A DNA stretch of 40,096 nucleotides from a virus (Duplodnaviria > Caudoviricetes), in IMG/VR virus record IMGVR_UViG_3300028585_000041, positions 1 to 40,096 of that record; one strand, given 5' to 3'. Below, piece after piece: positions 1 through 8,896 of the stretch. Within the stretch, counting starts at the first letter, position 1. Every line of letters begins with the position of its first letter. Under the pieces are notes generated by a model. It was given only the letters and a program-made list of their open reading frames with translations, was not told where the DNA came from and made no database searches. Position numbers and translations under genes: made by a program.

Positions 1-2
1 TA

Positions 3-128
3 GACGTCCTCGTGCAGTACGCGGCAGAGCACGGACGACGGCGAGGACGGGCCCGCGACTCGCCGTAAACCTGAACTGCCCTCCCAGTGTGTACACTGGC
101 GCTAGCGAACCTCCACGCCGGGTCACCG
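3..128. repeat. Terminal direct repeat, left copy (assembly circularisation overlap)
   Basis: 126 bp identical to 39971-40096; position 2 differs (a vs c at 39970). Confidence 0.95.
84..99 (+). promoter_or_regulatory. Putative late promoter -10 embedded in an inverted repeat
   Basis: CCAGTGT-GT-ACACTGG; contains TAnnnT hexamer TACACT (92-97); lies just after the last HTH gene and before the rightward late operon. Confidence 0.45.
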
Positions 129-140
129 GAACGGAGCAAC

Positions 141-178
141 CGAAGGCCCTCACCATCACGGTGGGGGCCTTCGTCGTA
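141..178 (+). terminator. Intrinsic terminator/attenuator-like hairpin
   Basis: CGAAGGCCCTCACC-atcac-GGTGGGGGCCTTCG stem followed by TCGT. Confidence 0.6.
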
Positions 179-197
179 CCCCCGGTGAGGCGTCGTT

Positions 198-379
198 GCC
201 CCGGGCCACGGGGCTGATCCGCCCGGCCGTCGGTGGCGAACGGATCCCGGGCCGGTGTTCTTGAGGGAGACGCCGGCCCATGACTTCGGCGGGGACGTCA
301 ACGCGGCCGCGCTGACCGCGCAGGACCGCCACAATCCGGACTGACCTGTCACCCCGGAGCGGCACCTGCGTCCCCGCCG
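198..379 (+). ncRNA. Candidate structured non-coding RNA or leader
   Basis: Consecutive stems 198-214, 216-246 and 249-279, and a multibranch domain closed by 287-297/369-379; no credible ORF. Confidence 0.35.
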
Positions 380-404
380 TCCACCCGCCATCGTGGAGGT
401 GCAC

Positions 405-707
405 GTGATCTGCGACACCACCGACTGCCCCGCAGGCCAGACCACGGACGAGTTCGGCCGGCCACCCAGCATCGAGCACGGCGGCCTCACTCACTCCGTC
501 CTCGGCGCCACCGGCCACCACCTCCTGAACCGACACACCCGCGGCGAACTACCCGACCACCTGCAGTCGTGGACGCCGGCGGCCCTCGACCGGGCGCACG
601 CCGACCTCACCGCCGAGATCGACCGGACCAGCCGGTACCTCGCCGCTCTCATCGACGCCCGGTACACGGTCATCACCCACGGGGTGGACGGTGTGCCAAC
701 ACGGTGA
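405..707 (+). CDS. Hypothetical protein
   Basis: GGAGG at 395-399 before GTG 405; high-GC3 codon use. Confidence 0.6.
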   Translation: MICDTTDCPAGQTTDEFGRPPSIEHGGLTHSVLGATGHHLLNRHTRGELPDHLQSWTPAALDRAHADLTAEIDRTSRYLAALIDARYTVITHGVDGVPTR

Positions 708-774
708 GCAGGTCTGCACCTGCCACCGCACACGCACGAACCGCTGGACATCACCTGGCCTCAGGAGGCACCGC

Positions 775-1062
775 ATGGCTCAGATCCCCGACCACTACCT
801 CGGCCCCGACGTCGAGCCGGATCGCAGTGACCCCGTCATCGTGGAGCGTGTCGAGGCGGCCGTCGAACTCGCCGAGCAGCGGTACTTCACGGCAAGCGAG
901 CACGCCAGCGTGGTGACGCTCCGCGAGACGATCCAGCAGCTCGGCAGCATCATCGACGTTGTCGTGCCGCCCGGACGGAACAAGGCGCTCGCGCTCACCG
1001 CGCTCGAAGACGTGCAGATGCGCGCCAACCGCGGCATCTTCGCGCCCGAGCATCTCAGGTAA
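775..1062 (+). CDS. Acb2/Tad1-like helical-hairpin protein (putative nucleotide-signal sponge)
   Basis: AGGAGG RBS; C-terminal PPGRNKALALTALEDVQMRANRGI resembles the family motif PxGREKSLAxTKLEExxMWAN. Confidence 0.6.
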   Translation: MAQIPDHYLGPDVEPDRSDPVIVERVEAAVELAEQRYFTASEHASVVTLRETIQQLGSIIDVVVPPGRNKALALTALEDVQMRANRGIFAPEHLR

Positions 1063-1073
1063 GCGCCCAGACG

Positions 1074-1238
1074 ATGGGCGACTTCCTCCGCTACCTGTTC
1101 GCTGGCCGATGCCCCGCACGTGCGGTCGAGCACGACGAGGTGTACCACTGCGATGAACGACGCGGGCATGGCATGAAGCACCGCACGGACCGCGGCATGT
1201 ACGACGTCGTGTGGACCGACCACACCTGGACGGCGTAG
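1074..1238 (+). CDS. Small Cys/His protein, 54 aa (absent from ORF track)
   Basis: MGDFLRYLFAGRCPARAVEHDEVYHCDERRGHGMKHRTDRGMYDVVWTDHTWTA; its TAG overlaps the HNH GTG start. Confidence 0.6.
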   Translation: MGDFLRYLFAGRCPARAVEHDEVYHCDERRGHGMKHRTDRGMYDVVWTDHTWTA

Positions 1239-1579
1239 TGCCTGTCTGCTCCGAGCCCGGCTGCCCGACCATCACCCCAGCCCGCACCTACCGCTGCCGC
1301 ACACACCAGCAGGCCAAGGAGCGAGCACGAGGCACACGTCAGGCCAGAGGCTACGACGCCACCCACACCCGACAACGAGCCGTCGCCGCCCGCAACGTCG
1401 CAGCCGGCCGCGCACACTGCGCCCGCTGTGGGGAACCGATCGCATCAGCTGAACCATGGGACCTCGGCCACACCGACGACCGCACCAGCTGGACAGGCGC
1501 AGAACACCAGCGCTGCAACCGCGCAGCAGGCGGCCGAGCAGCACACCAACCACCCAACACCCCACACCAGTCCCCATAG
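1238..1579 (+). CDS. HNH endonuclease (terminase-associated)
   Basis: CSEPGC; RGYD; CARC...WDLGH...EHQRCN; positioned before TerS. Confidence 0.8.
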   Translation: MPVCSEPGCPTITPARTYRCRTHQQAKERARGTRQARGYDATHTRQRAVAARNVAAGRAHCARCGEPIASAEPWDLGHTDDRTSWTGAEHQRCNRAAGGRAAHQPPNTPHQSP

Positions 1580-1639
1580 GCCCGCACACACCCACACAGC
1601 ACCCGTCACACACCCCACCAAGGGCACACCACAGGCCGA

Positions 1640-1722
1640 AGGGGTGGGGGATACCCCCTTGTACCAGTACAACCCAGGACCGCCGGGGATCGCTCTCCGA
1701 CATTTCGAGGGTTCAGAAATTC
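1640..1722. other. Putative cos region (candidate 3' overhang CGCCGGGGA, 1681-1689)
   Basis: Non-coding gap between HNH and TerS; GGGG-ATA-CCCC stem; abrupt compositional switch. Confidence 0.45.
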
Positions 1723-1785
1723 TCGGGCCGCCCCTGGTTGGCCCTCCCTGATGCGGTCCGTGGCCGCTGAGGATGGTGATTGTCG

Positions 1786-2259
1786 ATGCCTCGTGGAGGT
1801 GCTCGTAATCGGTCTGGCCCGCAGGCTGACCCGTCGTCGGAGAGGTCGGAGCAGCGCGGTCTGCAGTTCCGGCTGCTGCCGCGTGAGGGGTTCACCGGTT
1901 GCGTGCCGGCGTACCCACTGCCGACGCCGACTGTGCGTGAGCGTGCGCTGTGGAAGTCGCTGTGGCGGACGCCGCAGGCCGCGATGTGGAACGTCGAGCG
2001 GTGGCGGGTCTACACGGTGGGCCAGTACTGCCGGTGGGCGGTCCGGGCTGAAGACCAGGATGCTTCGGCGTCGACGCTGGCGCAGGTGCACCGTCTCGCT
2101 GACCAGCTGGGACTGACGCCAGCGGGGCTGAAGGAGAACGGCTGGCGGCTCGCCGTTGACGAGCTCGCGCAGCAGCGCACAACCAGCACCCCGGCGAAGG
2201 CGCGCACGACGACGAAGGCCGCGGCGCCGACGCGGCGGCTGCGGGCGGTGTCCGAGTGA
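1786..2259 (+). CDS. terS: Terminase small subunit
   Basis: MPRGGARNRSGP start; W-x-x-x-W-R-T-P-Q-A; LGLTP motif; overlaps TerL. Confidence 0.85.
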   Translation: MPRGGARNRSGPQADPSSERSEQRGLQFRLLPREGFTGCVPAYPLPTPTVRERALWKSLWRTPQAAMWNVERWRVYTVGQYCRWAVRAEDQDASASTLAQVHRLADQLGLTPAGLKENGWRLAVDELAQQRTTSTPAKARTTTKAAAPTRRLRAVSE

Positions 2260-3917
2260 CCGAGTACCTGATCGATTTCCCGACGCTCGGCGACATCGGT
2301 GACGCGTGGCTCACGCAACATGCTCGCGTCCCGGACGGCTTCGACCGGGGTCGGGCGCTCGTGCAAGCGGACTGGCAGTTCTGGTGCACGGCGAACCACT
2401 ACCAGGTGCGTCGTGACGCGGAGTGGATCCCAGAACGGCCGCTGCTGTCGCAGGCGTTCGTGAACCGGCGCTCGCTGATCGTGGGTCCGCAGAAGCTCGG
2501 CAAGGGGCCGTGGTCGGCTGGCGTCCTCGCGATCGAGGCGGCCGGCCCCGCGGTGTTCGCCGGGTGGGCGGGCCGCGACGACGGGTGGGCGTGCACGGAC
2601 TTCGGCTGCGGCTGTGGGTGGGAGTACGAGTACCTGCCCGGCGAGCCGATGGCGATGCGCCACCCGTCGCCGCTGATTCAGGCGACGGCGATCTCCGAGG
2701 ACCAGGTCAACAACGTGTGGCGTCCGCTGCGCGCGATGATCACCCTCGGCCCCCTGTCGGACCTGCTGCTCCCGCGCGGCGACCACATCAAGATCGCGGG
2801 CCAGCTGGACGATTCGGAGCTCGACCGCATCGACAAGGTCACCTCCAGCGCCCTGTCGCGCGTCGGCAACCCGATCTCGTTCGCGCTGCAGGACGAGTCG
2901 GGTCTTGCGACGAAGCAGAACAAGATGATCGACGTCTACGACAACCAACGTCGTGGTGCTGCCGGCATGAGCGGCCGGACGATGGAGACCACGAACGTGT
3001 GGAACCCGTCGGAGGGCTCGCAGGCGCAGCGCACGTGGGAGTCGACCGCGGAGGACGTGTTCAAGTTCTGGCGGCGCCCAGCTGATCACCTGTCGTACCG
3101 GAACAAGCAGGAGCGGCGCCAGATCCACCGCTTCGTGTACTTCGGCTCCCCGTGGGTCGACCTCGAGGCGATCGAGGCTGAGGCTGCGGAGCTCGCGCTG
3201 AACGACCCGGCGCAGGCGGAACGGTTCTTCGGGAACCGGGACGTCGCGTCGCAGGGCTCGTGGCTGCAGGATGACGCCCTGTCGGCTTGGGACACGAAGG
3301 TGCGGGTTCAGGATCGGCCGAAGTCGGAGCCGGTGTGCCTGGGCTTCGACGGGTCGGACGTGGATGACTGGACGGCGATCCGGGCGGAGACGCTCGACTA
3401 CCACCAGTTCACCCCGGTCGACTCGACGGGGCGGATGACGCGGTGGAATCCGGCGGAGTTCGGCGGCCGCGTGCCGCGCGCGGACGTGATGGCGGCGTTT
3501 GAGCACCTGTTCCGCGAGTACGACGTCGTGCGGGCGTACCTCGACCCTCCGGGGTGGGAGACGCAGGTGTCGGACCTGCAGGGCCGGTTCGGGGAGAAGC
3601 GGGTCATCGAGTGGCCGACGTACCGGCTGCGGCCGATGCACGAGGCGCTTGAGCGGTACCGGCGTGACGTCGTCGATCCGCAGTCGCCGCTGACGCACGA
3701 CGAGGACCGGACCTACACGGAGCACCTCCGCAACGCGGTGATGCGTGGCCGGTCCGGGCAGACGTACATCCTCGGCAAGCCGTCGCAGCACCAGAAGATC
3801 GACGACGTCATGGCTGGCGTCCTCGCGCACGAGGCCGTCGCGGACGCGATCGCCGGTGGGGATCTCGGGAAGCGGAAGCGCCCCGCGGTCTCGACCACCT
3901 ACTTCGCATTCAACTGA
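2256..3917 (+). CDS. terL: Terminase large subunit
   Basis: Walker A-like GPQKLGKG, Walker B ALQDE, nuclease CLGFDGS and KID. Confidence 0.93.
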   Translation: MTEYLIDFPTLGDIGDAWLTQHARVPDGFDRGRALVQADWQFWCTANHYQVRRDAEWIPERPLLSQAFVNRRSLIVGPQKLGKGPWSAGVLAIEAAGPAVFAGWAGRDDGWACTDFGCGCGWEYEYLPGEPMAMRHPSPLIQATAISEDQVNNVWRPLRAMITLGPLSDLLLPRGDHIKIAGQLDDSELDRIDKVTSSALSRVGNPISFALQDESGLATKQNKMIDVYDNQRRGAAGMSGRTMETTNVWNPSEGSQAQRTWESTAEDVFKFWRRPADHLSYRNKQERRQIHRFVYFGSPWVDLEAIEAEAAELALNDPAQAERFFGNRDVASQGSWLQDDALSAWDTKVRVQDRPKSEPVCLGFDGSDVDDWTAIRAETLDYHQFTPVDSTGRMTRWNPAEFGGRVPRADVMAAFEHLFREYDVVRAYLDPPGWETQVSDLQGRFGEKRVIEWPTYRLRPMHEALERYRRDVVDPQSPLTHDEDRTYTEHLRNAVMRGRSGQTYILGKPSQHQKIDDVMAGVLAHEAVADAIAGGDLGKRKRPAVSTTYFAFN

Positions 3918-3927
3918 GGAGGTCGTG

Positions 3928-5508
3928 ATGGACCAGTCCACCGCGCTCGACTGTCTGACGCGTGCAGCGTACGAGCTGCAGAAGCGTCGGCCGCAGGTCG
4001 AGAAGCGGGAGCGGTACGCCCGTGGCGACCAGGAGCTCCCGTTCGCGCCGGTCGGGGTGAACACGGAGTACGTCGAGCTGCAGAAGCAGTCGATCGCCGC
4101 GTTCCTCCCGCTCGCCGTCGAGGCCCCGGTGCAGCGTCTCGGGGTGGACTCGTTCCGCACCGGCCTCACGGACGCCGTCGAGGTCTCGTGGCAGCCGACG
4201 CCGGTGAAGCCGGACGACGCGCTGTGGACGGGCGCCTGGCAGGCGAACAAGCTCGACAGCCGCCAGTCGATCATCTACCGGTCGATGTTCGTGCACGGCC
4301 GCGGCATCGCGTCGGTGTGGCCGAACAAGCTGAAGAAGTCGCGGCCGATCGTCCGCCCGGAGTCGTTCGGCCGGGTGCACATCGAGATGGACCCGGACGA
4401 CCCGTTCACGCCGCTGTGGGCCGCGAAGGTCTACACGGTGGAGGTGGCGCTGCCGACGTCGCTGGTGATGCCGGCAGGTGTGAGCTCGTCAACGACGAAG
4501 ACCGTCGGGATCGTCTACGACGCGACGTCGATGATGCGGTTCGAGAAGCAGGGCGGCGAGGCGTTCGGCACGTGGAAGATGATCGCCGAGTCGACGCATC
4601 CGATGCGCGCGGTCCCCTTCGCGGTCTACGACTACCGGCCGGACGCCGACGGGCAGCCGTTCTCGGCGGTCGACGGTCTGATGGCGCAGCAGGACGCGAT
4701 CAACACGATCCGGTTCAACACGCTCCTCGCGATGCAGTTCGCTGCGTTCCGGCAGCGCATCATCACCGGCTTCGACCCCCGCGTGCTCGACAAGGACGGC
4801 AACGTCGTCTACAAGACGAAGGAGGACGGGACCCCGCTGCTCGACAGCAACGGCAACCCGATCCCCGTCGTCAGCTCGCCCGGCCGGGTGGGCGTCGACC
4901 GCATGCTGGTCTTCCCCGGCGGAGAGACGAAGGTCTTCGACATGGCCGAGTCGAACCTCGCGAACTACATCGCGGTGTACGACAAGTTCCTCTCGGACTT
5001 CTTCTCGGTTGCGCAGATCCCACCGCAGTACCAGCTCGGGAAGATGGCGAACCTCTCCGGCGACGCTCTCGCCGCCGCGGAGTCGACGCTCGCGTCGCTG
5101 GTGAAGGAGATGCAGCTCGCGGCTGGCGAGGGGCACGAGACCGTCGCCGAGCTCGCCTGGGCCGCCATGGGGCAGCCGTCCGAGCTGCCCCCGGCGTCGG
5201 AGACGGAGTGGGGCGACCGCGAGGCCCGCTCGTTCGCGGCGATCGCGGACGCCGTCACGAAGCTCGTCAGCGTCGAGTTCCCGCACCGCGCGGCGTTCGA
5301 GATGCTGCCGGGTGCCACGAAGCAGAAGGTCGACCGGTGGATGGACGAGCGCGAGGACGAGAAGTACCAGTCCTCGGTGCTCGGCCAGGCGCTCCGGCCG
5401 TTCCAGGACGTCACCGGGCCCGCCCCGGCCGGCACACAGCCGGTCGCCGCGGGTGCGGTCCCGGCGGGAGAACAGGTGACCGATGGCGCTCCCTCAGGCG
5501 GCAGTTGA
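3928..5508 (+). CDS. Portal protein (SPP1 gp6-like)
   Basis: Follows TerL; W-x-x-N-x-L-D and NLSGDAL motifs; GAGGAGG RBS. Confidence 0.88.
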   Translation: MDQSTALDCLTRAAYELQKRRPQVEKRERYARGDQELPFAPVGVNTEYVELQKQSIAAFLPLAVEAPVQRLGVDSFRTGLTDAVEVSWQPTPVKPDDALWTGAWQANKLDSRQSIIYRSMFVHGRGIASVWPNKLKKSRPIVRPESFGRVHIEMDPDDPFTPLWAAKVYTVEVALPTSLVMPAGVSSSTTKTVGIVYDATSMMRFEKQGGEAFGTWKMIAESTHPMRAVPFAVYDYRPDADGQPFSAVDGLMAQQDAINTIRFNTLLAMQFAAFRQRIITGFDPRVLDKDGNVVYKTKEDGTPLLDSNGNPIPVVSSPGRVGVDRMLVFPGGETKVFDMAESNLANYIAVYDKFLSDFFSVAQIPPQYQLGKMANLSGDALAAAESTLASLVKEMQLAAGEGHETVAELAWAAMGQPSELPPASETEWGDREARSFAAIADAVTKLVSVEFPHRAAFEMLPGATKQKVDRWMDEREDEKYQSSVLGQALRPFQDVTGPAPAGTQPVAAGAVPAGEQVTDGAPSGGS

Positions 5509-6766
5509 CCACTACCAGGAGCAGCAGCGCATCGCTGCTGCGGCTGCGGCGGCTGCTGGCGAGATGTGGTCGACCGTCGGCGACGAGTTCGACCTCGGGT
5601 ACAGCCAGGTGGCGCAGGAGCTGTTCGCGACGACGATCGACGCGCAGCAGCGCGCCGCCACGTCCGGCGCCGCGTACGTCCCAGCCGTCCTCGACGAGCA
5701 GGGCATCGACGCGACACAGCTCGCGGCAGTATCCCCGGCACGGTTCCAAGGCGGCACACCCGACAGCCGGCCCCTCGAGACGCTTCTCGGTCGTGCGCCG
5801 TTCATCGCCCGCGACCAGATGCTCGCCGGCGCCGGGACGACGAAGGCCCTCGAGGAGTCCGGGAAGTGGCTGCAGCGGACCGTGCTCGACGTCGTCCGTG
5901 ACGCTGATCGGCAGTCGGTGCAGGCGTCCATGGCGACGACGAAGGTCCGGACGACGTGGACACGCATGCTGAACCCGCCGTCGTGCCGGTTCTGCATCAT
6001 GCTCGCCGGGAAGGTCTACCGCTGGAACCAGGGCTTTCGTGCGCACCGCTCCTGCGACTGCCGGCACGTCCCCACGCAGGAAGCGATCGCCGACGACCTG
6101 ACGACGGACCCATACCGGTACTTCGAGTCGCTGAACAAGGCGCAGCAGGACAAGCTGTTCGGGAAGAACGACGCGCAGGCGATCCGTGACGGCGGCGACT
6201 TCTACCGGATCTCGAACACCCGGTTCCGTGGCCTGTCCGACGACGCTCTGAAGATGAACGGGTCCCGCCGCGGCTGGCAGTCGCGCCGGTGGGACTCCCC
6301 ATCGAAGATGTCCGTCGATGCTGTCTACGACGCGGCGAAGGGCGACCGGGCGCTCGCCCGGAAGCTGCTCGAGGACAACGGCTACGTCACCGGCCCGCAG
6401 GTCGGCGGCGGCAACCTGAAGGGCAACCACCCCGGCGGCCAGTTTGGCGACTTCGGTGCCGGCCAGGCGGGCCGCGGCGGCACCCGCATCGGCGCGACGC
6501 AGGCGTACCGGCAGGCGGTTCGCACCGGCGTCCGCGACCCCCTCGACCCGGCGACGCAGACCGCGGCCGAGCGACGGCTGCACACCGCCGTGATGCGCAA
6601 GGAGGCGGTCGACGCCGGCCGGAACCCGTTCGGCCGCGGCCCGCTGACCGCAGCGCAGCGGGAGGTCGTCGCGCGTGACTACGCGCGGCAGGTCGCCCGC
6701 ATCGACGATGCGAGCGACCGCGGGCAGCTCAGCGAGCTCGCTCGCATCCTCGGCATCCGCCGATGA
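5483..6766 (+). CDS. MuF-like minor capsid/head morphogenesis protein
   Basis: CRFCIMLAG...FRAHRSCDC motif; sits between portal and scaffold. Confidence 0.7.
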   Translation: MALPQAAVDHYQEQQRIAAAAAAAAGEMWSTVGDEFDLGYSQVAQELFATTIDAQQRAATSGAAYVPAVLDEQGIDATQLAAVSPARFQGGTPDSRPLETLLGRAPFIARDQMLAGAGTTKALEESGKWLQRTVLDVVRDADRQSVQASMATTKVRTTWTRMLNPPSCRFCIMLAGKVYRWNQGFRAHRSCDCRHVPTQEAIADDLTTDPYRYFESLNKAQQDKLFGKNDAQAIRDGGDFYRISNTRFRGLSDDALKMNGSRRGWQSRRWDSPSKMSVDAVYDAAKGDRALARKLLEDNGYVTGPQVGGGNLKGNHPGGQFGDFGAGQAGRGGTRIGATQAYRQAVRTGVRDPLDPATQTAAERRLHTAVMRKEAVDAGRNPFGRGPLTAAQREVVARDYARQVARIDDASDRGQLSELARILGIRR

Positions 6767-6826
6767 CTTCCGACGCCGCCTCGGCGCCGGTCCACGATGC
6801 CGGCCCTGCCGGCGAAGGGAAGCACG

Positions 6827-7564
6827 ATGACCACGACGAAGACCACTCCGGTGTACGGCCGGATCCCCGCACACCTCGACCCGTTCGGCCTGATCCTCGG
6901 GCAGACCGTCCCGCGGACCCCGTTCCTCCGGTTCGAGGACGAGGGCGGCAGCGGCGCGGGTGCCGGCGGGACGGGCGGCGAGGGTGGCAGCGGGTCCGGC
7001 GAGGGCGGAGCGAGCGGTGACGACAAGCCGCTCGGTGAAGCCGGGCAGCGAGCGCTCGAGCGGGAGAAGGAGCGCCGACGCGAGGCCGCCGACGCGCTGA
7101 AGCCCTTCGCCGAGCTCGGCATGAGCGCCGAGGACCTCGCGAAGCTCATCGAGCAGAACGACCCGAAGAACCCCGAGCGCATCGCGAAGCAGGCCGCCAC
7201 GCAGGCCACGAGGGACGCCGAGACCCGGCTCTCCACCGTGCTGCGCACCTCGGCGATCCGCGAAGTCGCCGCGACGTCGAACTTCTCCGACCCCGCGGAC
7301 GCCCTCGCGATGCTGCCCGCCGACAAGGTCGCCGCCCTCAAGGTCGACCTCGACGCCGGCACCGCCGACACCGCGGGCGTGAAGGCCCTCCTCGACGACC
7401 TCGCCAAGGCGAAGCCGTACCTCCTCAAGACCACCGACACCACCGCCGACCACCGCCTCGCGGGGATCGGCGCGAGTGGCGGTACCGGCACCGCGCCGGA
7501 GACCGCCCCCGGCACCCCGACGCTGCGCGCTGCGTACGCCGAGTCCGCCGGGCGGCGCAAGTAA
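6827..7564 (+). CDS. Capsid scaffolding protein
   Basis: Gly-rich linker, LGEAGQRALERE coiled coil, KPYLL; precedes capsid. Confidence 0.8.
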   Translation: MTTTKTTPVYGRIPAHLDPFGLILGQTVPRTPFLRFEDEGGSGAGAGGTGGEGGSGSGEGGASGDDKPLGEAGQRALEREKERRREAADALKPFAELGMSAEDLAKLIEQNDPKNPERIAKQAATQATRDAETRLSTVLRTSAIREVAATSNFSDPADALAMLPADKVAALKVDLDAGTADTAGVKALLDDLAKAKPYLLKTTDTTADHRLAGIGASGGTGTAPETAPGTPTLRAAYAESAGRRK

Positions 7565-7615
7565 CCGCTTCCAGCACCTGCTGAGGAGCTCTACCCCAGA
7601 AAGGAGACAGCGCAC

Positions 7616-8539
7616 ATGGCTGTCACTCTCCCCCAGGCGGCGCTCCTCTCGCAGGACACGCTGACGCGCGGCGTCATCCAGACGTTCGTTCAGACGTCGC
7701 CGATCCTCGACCGCATCCCCTTCCTCGAGATCGAGGGCAACGCGTACCGCTACAACTCGGAGGGCACGCTGCCCGGCGTCGCGTTCCGTGGCGTCAACGA
7801 GGCGTACGTCGAGTCGACCGGCACCGTGAACCAGGCGTCCGAGGGGCTCGTCATCCTCGGTGGCGACGCGGACGTCGACACGTTCATCCAGAAGACCCGG
7901 TCGGACCTGAACGACCAGCGCGCCGTGCAGACGGCGATGAAGGTCAAGGCCGCGTCGTACAAGTACCAGGACGCGTTCTTCAACGGCGACGTCACCGTCG
8001 AGCCGAAGGGCTTCGACGGCCTGAAGAAGCGCCTCGTCGGCGGCCAGGTCATCGACGCCGCGACGAACGGCATGGACATCGTCGCCGCCGGCCACGACTT
8101 CCTGGACGCCCTGGACGCGCTCCTCGCCCTCACGGACGCAGACGTGATCTACGGCAACAAGAAGGCGATCGGCAAGGTCAACAGCGTCCTCCGCCGACTC
8201 GGCGGTGGCGACTGGATCACCGAGGCCGCAACCGGCAAGCGCGTCCCGACCTACAACGGGATCCCGATCCTGGACCCGGGCAAGACCGCGGCCGGCGTCG
8301 ACATCCTGCCGCAGACCGAGACCGTCGGCACGGCGTCCGACACCAGCTCGCTCTACGCCGTGAAGTTCGGCCAGGACGAGGGCGACGGCGGCGTGACCGG
8401 CCTCACCAACGGCGGCGTCTCCGTGCGCGACATGGGCGAGGTCGACGACAAGCCCGCGTTCCGCACCCGAATCGAGTTCTTCACCGGCCTGGCGGTCTTC
8501 GCCGGCTCCGCTGCCGCGCGGCTCCGCGGCGTCAAGTAG
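7616..8539 (+). CDS. Major capsid protein
   Basis: 307 aa; LPGVAFRGVNE, FFNGD, GFDGL; AAGGAG RBS. Confidence 0.9.
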   Translation: MAVTLPQAALLSQDTLTRGVIQTFVQTSPILDRIPFLEIEGNAYRYNSEGTLPGVAFRGVNEAYVESTGTVNQASEGLVILGGDADVDTFIQKTRSDLNDQRAVQTAMKVKAASYKYQDAFFNGDVTVEPKGFDGLKKRLVGGQVIDAATNGMDIVAAGHDFLDALDALLALTDADVIYGNKKAIGKVNSVLRRLGGGDWITEAATGKRVPTYNGIPILDPGKTAAGVDILPQTETVGTASDTSSLYAVKFGQDEGDGGVTGLTNGGVSVRDMGEVDDKPAFRTRIEFFTGLAVFAGSAAARLRGVK

Positions 8540-8565
8540 TCCGCCGAGCGACGAGGAGCAACCGC

Positions 8566-8880
8566 ATGACCACGCAGAACGAACCGCTGTCGACCACCCT
8601 CGACAGCGACACCACGAAGCCGTCCGTCACCGCGCCCGGCGACGGCCCGGCGGACACGACCGACCCGACCGAGTTCGCGACGTCCGTGACGCCGCAGCCC
8701 GGCGACGAGGCGGTCGCCGCCGGCACGGTGAACGCCGTGAAGCCGGTCCCGAAGAAGGCCGCCGCGAAGTCCTCGACGAAGCCGCGCACGGAGAAGTACA
8801 CCGCCGCCCGGCCCGACGGCTCCGAGGTGAAGGTCACCCGCAACATCGAGACCGGCGAGACCACGGTCGACGAGTCCTGA
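8566..8880 (+). CDS. Hypothetical virion-associated protein (Thr/Pro-rich)
   Basis: GAGGAG RBS; directly after capsid gene. Confidence 0.7.
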   Translation: MTTQNEPLSTTLDSDTTKPSVTAPGDGPADTTDPTEFATSVTPQPGDEAVAAGTVNAVKPVPKKAAAKSSTKPRTEKYTAARPDGSEVKVTRNIETGETTVDES

Positions 8881-8896
8881 CGATCGGAGCGCGCTC

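Noticed and set aside
198-379. Hammerhead or other known self-cleaving ribozyme
   Set aside because: No CUGAnGA/GAAA core found; kept only as a generic structured-RNA candidate
1540-1635. Tandem repeat or ORF in the CA-rich tract
   Set aside because: Low complexity with no fixed period; overlapping ORFs lack RBS and motifs
6200-6766. Polymorphic toxin domain on the MuF-like protein
   Set aside because: No recognisable toxin motif and no downstream immunity ORF
2010-8095. Long antisense and alternate-frame ORFs (754, 594 and 894 aa; similar ones at 12493, 30491 and 36052)
   Set aside because: Shadow ORFs of high-GC3 genes; Arg/Pro-rich with no motifs
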